Shown: positions 49,673 to 59,815 of the stretch, piece after piece
Layout of the letters: every line of letters begins with the position of its first letter
Numbering within the stretch: the first letter of the stretch is position 1
Source of the DNA: Ignavibacteriota bacterium
GTDB lineage: Bacteria > Bacteroidota > Ignavibacteria > UBA10030
Assembly (NCBI GenBank): GCA_963727825.1
Contig: CAVSHO010000001.1
Coordinates: 352,001-416,000, forward strand
Length of the DNA stretch: 64,000 nucleotides
Direction of reading: 5' to 3'
The notes under the pieces: model-generated
Seen by the model: only the letters and a program-made list of their open reading frames with translations
Databases searched by the model: none
Told to the model about the DNA's origin: nothing
Position numbers and translations under genes: made by a program

Positions 49673-51701
49673 GTGAAAAAGCAAGTCATCAATGTGTCCT
49701 CGGAGAGCGGACTCATAGATGCAAAGAAAGTGAAGGTTGTTGTCATCACTACTGTTATGCTCTCCTTCATTTCCTATTGGAGAGCTTCTGCAATAGTTCT
49801 TTCGGACCTTGCATCCAGCGCTTATTATGCGCTTGGGATTGCTGAAAAAGCCGTCGGTCCATCAGCACCGTGGTTTGTTCTTTTCGTCATGCTATTTGCC
49901 TATGGTATCCGTGCAGTCTATATAGAATCGTCTAGTATGTTTGTTCGAGGTGGAGTGTACCGAGTTGTCCATGAAGCCCTTGGCGAGACAGCAGCAAAGT
50001 TCTCAGTTTCAGCCCTTCTCTTCGATTATCTTATTACAGCACCCATCAGTGCCGTATCAGCTGGATTATATATTGCTGGATTACTCAATGCGCTGTTGTA
50101 CTATGGCGGCGTGAACCTAGTTTTGAATGCGAATATAGTAGCTGTTGTAACTGCAGTTTCCGTACAATTTTATTTCTGGCGGAAAAACATTATCGGCATT
50201 GAAGAATCAAGCGAAAAAGCACTGCGAATTTTTCAGATTACCTCTGTTCTTGCTGGAGTTCTATTTATCTGGTCGGTGGCGACAATTTTTGTGCGCGGTG
50301 TACATCTGCCTCCTTTCTCTATCAAGCTATCAGATGACGCATTAGGATGGCTTCGACACGTCGATTGGTTGAAGTCGATTGGAGCAGTCGGTGTTCTTGT
50401 CGGCATGGGACATGCAATTCTTGCGGTAAGTGGTGAAGAAACACTAGCGCAAGTATACCGCGAAATTGAAGCTCCAAAATTGAAAAATCTAAAGCGTACA
50501 GGGATGATCATTTTCTTATTTGCGTTAATGTTTACAGGCGTGAACTCGCTTTTCGCCTCAATGATCGTACCTGAAGATGAACTATTAGGGGTCTACAATA
50601 ATAATGCATTGAGCGGACTTGCGATGCACTTGATTGGTCCACGGTCGTTTCTCCTGCTTCTGCAAGCATTCGTTGTTTTTACTGGCTTTCTTATTCTTGC
50701 TGGGGCAGTAAACACTGCGATTATTGGTGCCAATAGCGTACTTAATCGAGTTGCAGAAGATGGAGTGCTTCATGACTGGTTTCGAAGACCGCATCGACAG
50801 TACAGGTACGTCATATCGTATAATAAATATGCTTTGCATTCTCCAGATTAGTATCATCATTGTGAGTGGGGGTGATGTATTTCTACTGGGTGAAGCATAC
50901 GCGTTTGGTGTCATGTGGAGCTTTATTATGAAAGCGTATTCCATGATTGTTCTTCGCTATAAGGATTTGTCTCCACGTGAATGGAAAGTACCACCCAATA
51001 TAACAATCGCAAATGTGGAGATACCGATAGGACTTTGCTTGGTATTTATTATTCTATTAGGGCTTGGAGTTGTAAATCTTTTTACTAAACCGGTAGCGAC
51101 ACTGGGTGGAATTTCTTTCACGATCCTTCTGTACTTTGTATTTGGTATTTCAGAGCATATTAATAAAAAACATGCTTTTGGTAATGCTCACGAGTTGGAG
51201 AAGTTCAATATGTTTGCCCAGGATAATCTAACGGCTGATGCGATAGGATGCAAATATAAGCATAGGAAGTTGGTAGCTGTTCATGCAACAGAACAATTAA
51301 TGCATTTACGAAAATGTCTTACTGAAACCGATCCGGAAACCACAGATGTTATTGTGATGACTGCAAAAATTCTACGTGAGAGAGACCGACTAAACGGAGA
51401 TGCCAAAGCAATCGGATTACAGGAAGAGGAGCTTTTTTCTGAGGTTATTAAGATTGCGGAAAAAGAGGGCAAGCCGATCTTACCTATTGTTGTTCCAACA
51501 AACAACGTTTCATATGCTATAGCACATACTGCCGCACAAGTCGGTGCGCAAGAAGTGCTAATGGGCGCGCCAACAGCTTATCCAGCCGAATATCAAGTGG
51601 AACAATTTGCACTTTACTGGGGAATGGTAGAAGCGGATGCACGTCATCACATCGTTGTTCGTTCGGTAGGAACAAAGGCAGAACTTGTGGTTGAATTATA
51701 A
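49673..51701 (+). CDS. APC-superfamily transporter with C-terminal USP-like domain (KimA/YdaO-like); one extra base near 50804-50806, probably an assembly error
   Basis: SDLASSAYY, LLFDYLIT, SGEE, GAVNTA and LGEAYAFGV motifs. ORFs 49673-50851 and 50724-51701 join at CAGTACAGGTAC. Confidence 0.78.
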
Positions 51702-51923
51702 TGTATTCAAGAATTTTCAATTGTATAATTGGGAGCAATTTAAAATAATTTATTCAACATATCATCTTCAGTGGCTGAGCTTTTTATTTTCTCCTTGGCT
51801 TCTTTCAAAAATCATTTCAACGGATTCTTTTATAAGCATTCACTTGCTTCTTGTAGGAAATCCTTTCTATCTTTATACATAGTAATTCGAACACTGTAAA
51901 GACATTTTTGGAAATTAATAGTA

Positions 51924-52850
51924 ATGCATACAGTTCTTCTTTGGGTTGGATTTAATATTTTTATTTTAGTTCTCCTGACCCTTGACTTGAAAGTGTTCAA
52001 TCGCAAGCCGCATGAAATTAGTATTAAAGAATCTTTAATGTTGAGCGGAGTGTGGATTGCTATATCGCTGCTTTTCAATATAGGAGTCTATTTTTGGTTT
52101 GGCCGCGAGTCCGCGCTTCAATTTTTTACAGGTTACTTGATTGAAAAATCTTTAAGTATTGATAATCTGTTCGTTTTCCTTCTTCTCTTCTCCTATTTTA
52201 AGGTGCCTGCAAAATACCAGCATGAAGTTCTATTTTGGGGAATTCTAGGTGCTCTGTTAATGCGCGGAGTACTGATTCTTCTCGGTGCTGCGTTAATTAC
52301 TCGATTCCATTGGATTTTGTATATCTTGGGATTATTTCTCGTCGTTACGGGAGTTAAGATGGCATTTCAGGATGGAAAAAAAGAAGTGCATCCGGAACGT
52401 AATATTGTTGTTCGATTATTTAAAAAATTCCTTCCTATTTTATCCGGTTACCATGAAGAAAAGTTCTTTGTGAAAACAAATGGGAAACGGTACGGTACAC
52501 TTTTGCTTGTTGTTTTAATAGTGATAGAAACAACGGATTTACTTTTTGCTGTTGATTCAATCCCGGCAATATTTGCTATTACACAAGATTCATTTATTAT
52601 CTACACTTCCAACGTATTTGCCATCCTTGGGCTACGATCTCTCTACTTTGCTCTTGCCGGCATTATGGATTTGTTCTACTACCTTCGGCACGGATTATCG
52701 GTCGTTCTGACATTCATCGGATTAAAGATGTTGTTAATGGGATATGTGAATATTCCTATCGGATTGGCACTAGGAATAGTGGGGACTATATTAATAATTG
52801 CAATTGCCGCTTCGGTTATTCGGGCGAGAATTCAAAAGAATAATTTGTAA
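51924..52850 (+). CDS. TerC/Alx-family membrane protein
   Basis: EKSLSIDNLFVF, VLFWGILGA, ETTDLLFAVDSIPA and SNVFAILGLRSLYF motifs. Confidence 0.93.
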   Translation: MHTVLLWVGFNIFILVLLTLDLKVFNRKPHEISIKESLMLSGVWIAISLLFNIGVYFWFGRESALQFFTGYLIEKSLSIDNLFVFLLLFSYFKVPAKYQHEVLFWGILGALLMRGVLILLGAALITRFHWILYILGLFLVVTGVKMAFQDGKKEVHPERNIVVRLFKKFLPILSGYHEEKFFVKTNGKRYGTLLLVVLIVIETTDLLFAVDSIPAIFAITQDSFIIYTSNVFAILGLRSLYFALAGIMDLFYYLRHGLSVVLTFIGLKMLLMGYVNIPIGLALGIVGTILIIAIAASVIRARIQKNNL

Positions 52851-53043
52851 CAAATCCGGGTACTTTAATTAGTGACTCTACTAAACACATAAATGTACTT
52901 TCCCATCCATTACTTTGTTGCTGACACCGTTAACGAATTCAGCACCGCCCCAATTAACCGAATAATAAAAAAATATTATCGCTGTTATTTAAATTCGATA
53001 CTTAATTGAGTGCTCCGAAATGGTAAATGCTCTTCTGAAAACG

Positions 53044-53081
53044 AAAAAGGCATACAACCTTATGTGATGTACGCCTTTTTT
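53044..53081. terminator. Bidirectional terminator between the convergent TerC and csp genes
   Basis: AAAAAGGC-ATACA...TGTAC-GCCTTTTTT. Confidence 0.65.
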
Positions 53082-53126
53082 GATTCTACAACAGAGTGAT
53101 CATTCGCAAGAAATCAAACGATTCTC

Positions 53127-53327
53127 CTACACTTTAGAAACGTTCACTGCTTGCAGGCCCTTCGGCCCCGTCTGGACTTCGAACTGCACTTTGTCGCCAT
53201 CGTTCAGGGTCTTGTACCCATCGCCAACAATCGACTTGTAATGGACGAATACATCTTCGCCATTTGCGCGAGAAATAAATCCAAAACCTTTAGCGCCGTT
53301 GAACCACTTGACTGTTCCTTCTTCCAT
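53127..53327 (-). CDS. csp: Cold-shock protein (CspA family)
   Basis: GTVKWFN, KGFGFI and DVFVH motifs; AAAGGA RBS. Confidence 0.96.
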   Translation of the reverse strand: MEEGTVKWFNGAKGFGFISRANGEDVFVHYKSIVGDGYKTLNDGDKVQFEVQTGPKGLQAVNVSKV

Positions 53328-53929
53328 GGAACAAATCCTTTCCTAAAAAGTTACCCCGATCAACCGTCGGGTCGGTGTACGCAGCCGTTACCGACTCTCG
53401 CGAAAAATATCAACGAACATTGTTGCCAATTGGTGGATGTTCGATGACAGCTTCTTACACTTAGGATGCAAAACTTTGTCCATCAAAAGATTATTGAAGC
53501 GATTTCCCTTATATATTATTGTATTCGGGAATTCTCACAAAGAAGCAAGTACGGTGTACTGTTACTTGGCATGCATATAATACAGATTGTTCGGATAAGT
53601 TCCAAGGGGAAAAACGACTGATATTTATTTTTGGTCGGTACATCCCCTTTGTCTTTCTGGAGATCAAATTCCTTTTTAGATGGTTTTCGCCATTTCCGTA
53701 CTTACCTCTTAAAGCCGTAGGTACAAAACTCATAACTAAATGGGATTTGGCATATTTACGAAATTATTATTATGTTTTTTTACGTTATTATTCAATTTTA
53801 ATGAGAGTTAGATTATGCTCTTTAAGCACATTTAAAGCGATAATATTTGGCTATTATTACGCTGTGCATTTTATTCGCCAAGTATAACACACGGGATTAT
53901 ATCAATCAGGTCTTAAAATAGGCAATAAA

Positions 53930-54817
53930 ATGACTCAAGATCCTCATCAAATACTTAAAAATATAAAGCCAACAAAGCCGTTTTTTGTAGGGATAGATTC
54001 CGACGGCTGTGTGTTCGATACTATGGAAATAAAACATAAGGAGTGCTTTTGTCCAAATTTCATTCGTTATTGGGAATTACAAAACATTTCAAATTATGTT
54101 CGTGATACTTGGGATTTTGTAAATTTGTATTCTCAGACGAGAGGATGTAACCGTTTCCATGCAGTTATAGAAACAATGCAACTTCTTGCAGAACGAAAAG
54201 AAGTGAAGGCATGTAATACAAAACTCCCGGATGTTACTCCTTTAGTTGAATGGATAAAGAAAGAAACAAAACTTGGTAATCCTGCACTGGAACGCTATGC
54301 AAAAGAAGTAAATAATCCAATAATTGACAGAGCCCTTGCATGGTCGAAAGCAGTCAACAAATCAATTAGTGAACTAGTTCATGGTATTCCTCCTTTTCCG
54401 TGGGTTCGTGAATCGCTTATTAAGTTTAATGAAAATGCTGATGTAATAGTTGTTTCTCAAACCCCACAAGAGGCGTTGGATCGTGAATGGATCGAACATA
54501 ATATCAACAAGTATGTTAGAATTATTTGCGGGCAAGAATATGGCACTAAGGCTAAACATATTCAATATGCTGCAAAAGGAAAGTATCCCTATGATAAAAT
54601 ATTGATGGTAGGCGATGCTCCAGGGGATATGAATGCGGCGAAATCAAACGGTGCACTGTTCTATCCAATCAATCCAGGGCATGAAGAGGATTCTTGGGAA
54701 CAATTATACAAAGAAGAAATCGATCGTTTTTTCGATGGTTCGTTTGCAGGCGAGCATGAGAAAAAGTTGATTGAAGAATTCAATAAGTGCCTACCGAAAA
54801 CGCCGAGCTGGGTATAA
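53930..54817 (+). CDS. HAD-superfamily hydrolase
   Basis: GIDSDGCVFDTM, VVSQT, GTK and MVGDAPGD motifs. Confidence 0.85.
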   Translation: MTQDPHQILKNIKPTKPFFVGIDSDGCVFDTMEIKHKECFCPNFIRYWELQNISNYVRDTWDFVNLYSQTRGCNRFHAVIETMQLLAERKEVKACNTKLPDVTPLVEWIKKETKLGNPALERYAKEVNNPIIDRALAWSKAVNKSISELVHGIPPFPWVRESLIKFNENADVIVVSQTPQEALDREWIEHNINKYVRIICGQEYGTKAKHIQYAAKGKYPYDKILMVGDAPGDMNAAKSNGALFYPINPGHEEDSWEQLYKEEIDRFFDGSFAGEHEKKLIEEFNKCLPKTPSWV

Positions 54818-54869
54818 CGACTTGCATTATCTATGAGTTAGCTTTGCTTTAATTATTGTGATGTTAATC

Positions 54870-55499
54870 TCATAGTCCCTTTACGAGGTTAACAGCTTCT
54901 TTTACAAGAGTCGTCATTTCGTTGAATTTGCCGTTAGAGATCATTTCTTCTGAAACCATCCAGCTTCCTCCACAAGCAAATACTTGTTTAAGGGAGAGAT
55001 AGTTGCGGACATTCTTTGCGTTTATGCCGCCTGTCGGAATAAATTTAATCATGCTATACGGTGCGCTGATCGCTTTTAGTGTTTTTATGCCGCCATAGGC
55101 TTCTGCAGGGAAAAACTTAAAAATACTCAAACCGTAATCAATACCCATTCCAATTTCTGTCGGAGTGCAGATTCCAGGAGTAATTGGGATTTTATTTTCG
55201 ACACAATACTTTACAACTTTTGGATTGAAACCAGGAGACACAATAAACGATGCACCGGAATCAACAGCTGACTTTACTTGATCCACCGAAAGAACGGTTC
55301 CGGCACCAAGGCAAATTTCCTTAAACCGCGAAATACGCTTTATAGATTCTACCGCTGCGGCAGTTCGAAACGTGACTTCAGCACATGGCAAACCACCGGC
55401 AATAAGAACTTCAGCCAACGGTTCGGCATTTTTTGCATCCTCCAAAACAACGACAGGTACTAAACGTATTTTACCAAGTCTTTTAAAGACTTCTGACAT
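54870..55499 (-). CDS. eda: KDPG/KHG aldolase
   Basis: EVTFRT, GAGTVL, VSPG, KFFPAE, PTGGI and GGSW motifs. Confidence 0.95.
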   Translation of the reverse strand: MSEVFKRLGKIRLVPVVVLEDAKNAEPLAEVLIAGGLPCAEVTFRTAAAVESIKRISRFKEICLGAGTVLSVDQVKSAVDSGASFIVSPGFNPKVVKYCVENKIPITPGICTPTEIGMGIDYGLSIFKFFPAEAYGGIKTLKAISAPYSMIKFIPTGGINAKNVRNYLSLKQVFACGGSWMVSEEMISNGKFNEMTTLVKEAVNLVKGL

Positions 55500-55960
55500 A
55501 ATATTGTCCTTATAAATTGTTAATTATTATTGAATACTACTTTAACACTTAAAATGAATTGTCCACGGCAACAGAAACAGCCCTGTCAATAATTTCTATC
55601 TAGGATTCCGATTACCTTTAAACGTTTTACCAGTCGCTGGTCTTCAGACGATTTCTGGACAAATGCATTAACAGTAACATCATCAATTTCTAGTTAAACT
55701 TTCTTTTGTCGTATGTACAATATACGTTCCATTTTTCATTATATCGATAGCTACTTTATCAACAAATGACTTTTAACAGTCCTGCATGGTGCAAACCTAT
55801 AATGAGCGATTTTTTTGGGGTAGGATGCGAAATGATGGCAAATCCTTAATGAGGTAATACTACGGAAATTGGTGTGGAGGAACTAAAATCACTCTCGGAG
55901 AGTCACTTATAATCTGGTCGAACAAAGCGTCAGGCGCCCTTCAAAATGCACTTAAATTTT

Positions 55961-56588
55961 TTAGGCAACCCTGCTGAGTGTTCTTTGCTCATTACTATTT
56001 TCTTGCGAAACTTCTATAATAGTTTCATTAAGAGGACGGGATGCCAACAGGGCACGGACCATTTCTTCCAATATTAACGGCTTTGTGACATAATCATTCA
56101 TGCCAATCGAAAGAAAACTCTCTCGATCATCAGCTGATGCATTGGCTGTCATCGCGATGATATGCGGTTGTTGATCGGCAGGAAAATCTTTTCGTATCGC
56201 CATAGTTGCTTCTCGACCATCCATTTCCGGCATTTCTGCATCCATCAAAATTACGTCGTAAGATTGGCGTTTTAATGCATCTATTGCTTCGATACCAGTG
56301 AACGCTACGTCTGCGCGATACCCAAGTTTCTTTTAAAAACCATAGAGTAATCTTCAGATTGACAAGACTATCCTCTGCAAGCAAAATTCTTAATGGATGC
56401 TGTTGTCCTATCTGCACATTGAATGTTGGCAGATTTTCGATTGTTGCCCGTAGCAACCGGTGGTCTGCTTCCCTTGGGTCTAGTATCCGGTTATTTCCGG
56501 TTTCTGTTGTTTCTGCTTGGTACGTGTGGCTTTGACCTTCAACCGGCTCGCAGGGAGTTTCTGTAATTGTAATCGCTGTATATTCCAT
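55961..56588 (-). CDS. Single-receiver response regulator with N-terminal extension; 1-nt homopolymer frameshift near 56335 (error or pseudogene)
   Basis: GGAGG RBS before ATG 56588. LRILLAEDSLVN...WFL joins KKLGYRADVA...ILMDAEMPEMDG...IIAMTANA...YVTKP if one base of TTTTAAAAA is removed. Confidence 0.75.
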
Positions 56589-57072
56589 AACAACCTCCAA
56601 TCGTTTGTTCTAAAGAAACCGAATCTTATTTGAAAACCACAACCCTTGTGCCGATATGTGAAAAAGCAAAATTTTTCTAAAAAGGGTCGTATTTATTGAA
56701 TTTGAGCTAGTTCTATCGTTTATGAAGATACCATCAATTGAGAACTTTGTAGAGATTTCAATTGTGATCTTTGATAGGAAATTATTCTAGCGTTAAAGTG
56801 AAGAGGAGGGGTAGTTATTAAGCTAGGAAATGCTGATCATTATATTTAGCAGCGCTTCCAATATAAAAAAAAAGGTCTTTTTCTCTTGAAATTAATTTAT
56901 TGACAGTTTTTATCGTTATTAGAGATATTTTTAAAAGTCTACTTTGTGAGGATGCATCGACTAGAAGGACGCACCAGTAGTTTTAATGCCAAAGTAACAC
57001 AATTATTATGTGGATCAGTTTGAGCGTAAATTCATAGATCATAACTCTAAATCGAATTTTTCTAATGGCTGG

Positions 57073-57432
57073 TTATGGAATAGGAAGGGAGATGTTGAAT
57101 GTCGTGCCTACTTTAAGACGGCTTTCTGCCCAGACTTTCCCGTTATGTGCTTCGATGATCTTACGTACAATAACAAGCCTGAGACCAGTGTTGGATTCAC
57201 CTGAAGTAGTCTTTATACTAAACCTTGGAAATGGTTTAAAAAGCTTATCCATATCGGCCGTTGGAATTCCTTGACCTGTATCATGCACGGAAATCACATG
57301 CGCCCCATTCTCACGCTTTGCTACCATTCTATGTAGAATTAACTATATAACCGTTTTTTCGAGAACAAGACGAAGGAGTTTTATTTGCGTCGGACTATCG
57401 TCGACAATAAGAATATTTATATACGCTGCCAT
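57073..57432 (-). pseudogene. Decayed receiver-kinase gene: receiver N-terminus joined to an HATPase_c C-terminus by a large internal deletion
   Basis: MAAYINILIVDDSPTQIKLLRLVLE, then a frameshift and TAG/TGA stops, then VHDTGQGI...TGLRLVIVRKIIEAHNGKVWAES...GTTF. Confidence 0.75.
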
Positions 57433-57447
57433 CTTCAGCGCAATCCA

Positions 57448-58260
57448 TTACGACTTTTGTGTCGCATCAGGGAAGAACTTCTCTGCACAGCTCGGACAGA
57501 TACCATGAGTGAACTCAACATCAATTCTTTTTGCCATATAAGTTTCGATTTGATTCCAGTAACCCTGGTCATCACGGATCTTTTTGCAGTGCGCACAAAT
57601 CGGTAGCAATCCACTTAAAGTTTTTACTTCGGTCAATGCATGTTGTAAATTCTGATTTAACTTTTCAAGCTCAATATTCTTCTGTTCAAGTTGACGGTAT
57701 ATGTCGATAAGATCGTTATGAGCCTTCTTAAGTTCATTGGTTTTCTGAACAGCGTTTTCATAGGTTGATAGTAGAAGATCAATAATTTGCAATTTGTCAG
57801 AGTTGATGAAGTACTTCTGACCTGCAAACATGATTTCGATCTCCGAACCCAAAGGTTGACTTTTTCGCAACTCCTGATTAGCGAATATATAATGAATACG
57901 AGAAACGAGAAAAGCACTTTCGTAAGGTTTAGTAAGGAAGTTATCAGCTCCTGCTTGAAGACCTTTAATCACATCTTGGGGATTGGAAAGCGATGTTAGC
58001 AGTATTACCGGAATAAGTTTTAAGTCGGGATCACTTTTCAATACCTTGCATAGTGCAAAACCATCCATCTCCGGCATCACGACGTCGGTGATAATGAGGT
58101 TGGGATTTTTATAGCGAATGCGTTCTAATGCTTTGACACCATTTGGCGCAGAATCAACAGTGTAACCGTTTTCTTCAAGAATAAGACGAAGAAGTTTTGT
58201 TTGCGTCGGACTATCTTCGACAATAAGAATATTTATCTGTGCTGCCATTGTTATTGCCAT
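57448..58260 (-). CDS. Response regulator with coiled coil and C-terminal Cys/His zinc-ribbon-like domain
   Basis: ILIVEDS, ITDVVMP, GADNFLTKP; C-terminal LLPICAHCKKIRDDQGYW...THGICPSC. Start may be 58248. Confidence 0.88.
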   Translation of the reverse strand: MAITMAAQINILIVEDSPTQTKLLRLILEENGYTVDSAPNGVKALERIRYKNPNLIITDVVMPEMDGFALCKVLKSDPDLKLIPVILLTSLSNPQDVIKGLQAGADNFLTKPYESAFLVSRIHYIFANQELRKSQPLGSEIEIMFAGQKYFINSDKLQIIDLLLSTYENAVQKTNELKKAHNDLIDIYRQLEQKNIELEKLNQNLQHALTEVKTLSGLLPICAHCKKIRDDQGYWNQIETYMAKRIDVEFTHGICPSCAEKFFPDATQKS

Positions 58261-58295
58261 CCATTTCTGTTATGCGTATGTTAGAATTACCTACT

Positions 58296-58384
58296 GTTAG
58301 ACATCATTAGTAAAAATAGTGCTAGTTCTTTTCTATAATATATACTTCGATTTGATTCCAATAGTTCTCATTGCTACGGATCTT
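58296..58384 (-). pseudogene. Remnant of another KIR-x4-YWNQIE zinc-ribbon C-terminus
   Basis: Minus strand encodes KIRSNENYWNQIEVYI. TTCGATTTGATTCCA is identical at 58346-58360 and 57544-57558. Confidence 0.55.
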
Positions 58385-58641
58385 CAGCTTCTTGGATAAC
58401 TAAGTATATATTAAATTATTAATACAATTTGCCTTTATCCATAATTTATACCAAAATGTGTAATAAGCAAACCGTAATAGGAAGTATTTCTGCAGTATTT
58501 GAAACAACAAACATTATTTTGTGCCAAGTATCAAGAATATGATGTAAAAGTTATTTATTGTCTGATAACTTTGGTTAATCAATTATGAGTAAACATCGTG
58601 AGAGCAACTTGTTGGAGCGTTAGTAAAAGGAGGTAAAAAAC

Positions 58642-59811
58642 ATGAAACTTGAACAAAAGAGATGGGATAGTGTTCATGGATGGATACCCGAACTTACGAA
58701 AACCGAAATTGGAGATGCTCAATTAATTTTGGTTTTTGGTGCCACATCACTATTAAGAAAGCAGATTCAGCTTCAGCAAATCAAAGAAACGTATCCTCAT
58801 GCCCATACTTTTGGCTGTTCGACTGCCGGAGAAATTTGTGGTACACAGGTCACAGATGGTTCAATTGTAGTAACAGCAATTAAATTTGAACACACACAAA
58901 TCAAAGATGTTAAAGTGAATTTAAATCAAGTAGAAAGCAGTTATCAAGCAGGAGAACTCTTAGCGAAAGCTTTGCCTTTAACTTTACCATCGTCAATGTC
59001 AGGTGGAGAAGATAAACTGGTGCATGTCTTGGTTCTATCGGAAGGATTAAAGGTAAATGGAAGTGATTTAGTCAGAGGATTAACATCACAACTGCCAGAT
59101 GGAACAACTGTTACCGGCGGATTGGCTGGTGATGGTGATCGGTTTGAAGAAACACTTGTCTTTGGAGATAGTGAACCACTGAAAGAAACTATTGCTGTAG
59201 TCGGATTATATGGAAGTCGATTAAAGGTTGGTTTTAGTTCTTTCGGTGGATGGGACTCCTTTGGACCAGAGAGGCTGATAACAAATTCGAAGGGGAATGT
59301 GTTATACGAGCTTGATGGACATTCGGCTTTGGAACTGTACAAGAATTATCTCGGTGAGCATGCGGAAGGTCTTCCATCAACAGGGCTTTTGTTTCCTTTG
59401 GGTATTCGGAACAAGTCAGGAAAGAGGGGAGTAGTGCGAACAATTTTATCGGTAGATGAAAATGATCATAGTATAACATTTGCAGGAGATGTTCCAGAAG
59501 GTTCATACGCACGATTTATGAAGGCGAACTTTGATCGCCTAATTGATGGCGCTGTTGAAGCGGCAAAGACAGCCGACCAAGCAATTGGTTCTGTTGCGCC
59601 TAATTTAGCGATTCTTATAAGTTGTGTCGGACGGAAACTAATTCTAAAACAGCGAGTTGAAGAAGAGGTGGAAGGCGTTCGAGATGTTTTAGGTGAACAG
59701 ACTATATTATCCGGATTTTATTCATATGGAGAGATAGCTCCATTTACTACCGGTGCCCAATGCGAATTGCAAAACCAAACAATGACTATTACAACTCTTT
59801 TAGAGGAATAG
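58642..59811 (+). CDS. FIST N+C domain signal-transduction protein
   Basis: AGGAGG RBS; GCSTAGEI, GGLAGD, LISCVGRK, GFYSYGEI and NQTMT motifs. Confidence 0.93.
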   Translation: MKLEQKRWDSVHGWIPELTKTEIGDAQLILVFGATSLLRKQIQLQQIKETYPHAHTFGCSTAGEICGTQVTDGSIVVTAIKFEHTQIKDVKVNLNQVESSYQAGELLAKALPLTLPSSMSGGEDKLVHVLVLSEGLKVNGSDLVRGLTSQLPDGTTVTGGLAGDGDRFEETLVFGDSEPLKETIAVVGLYGSRLKVGFSSFGGWDSFGPERLITNSKGNVLYELDGHSALELYKNYLGEHAEGLPSTGLLFPLGIRNKSGKRGVVRTILSVDENDHSITFAGDVPEGSYARFMKANFDRLIDGAVEAAKTADQAIGSVAPNLAILISCVGRKLILKQRVEEEVEGVRDVLGEQTILSGFYSYGEIAPFTTGAQCELQNQTMTITTLLEE

Positions 59812-59815
59812 TGGC

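Noticed and set aside
51702-51923. Expected Mn-sensing yybP-ykoY riboswitch upstream of the TerC/Alx gene
   Set aside because: Region is AT-rich with no GGGGAGUAG or CAAGACC-type elements or supporting stems.
53509-53887. ORFs 53519-53887 (+) and 53509-53733 (-)
   Set aside because: AT-rich divergent promoter region between csp and the HAD gene; atypical composition and no motifs.
55500-55960. Possible gene remnant upstream of eda
   Set aside because: Short interrupted frames on the minus strand with nothing I can assign; tBLASTn would be needed.
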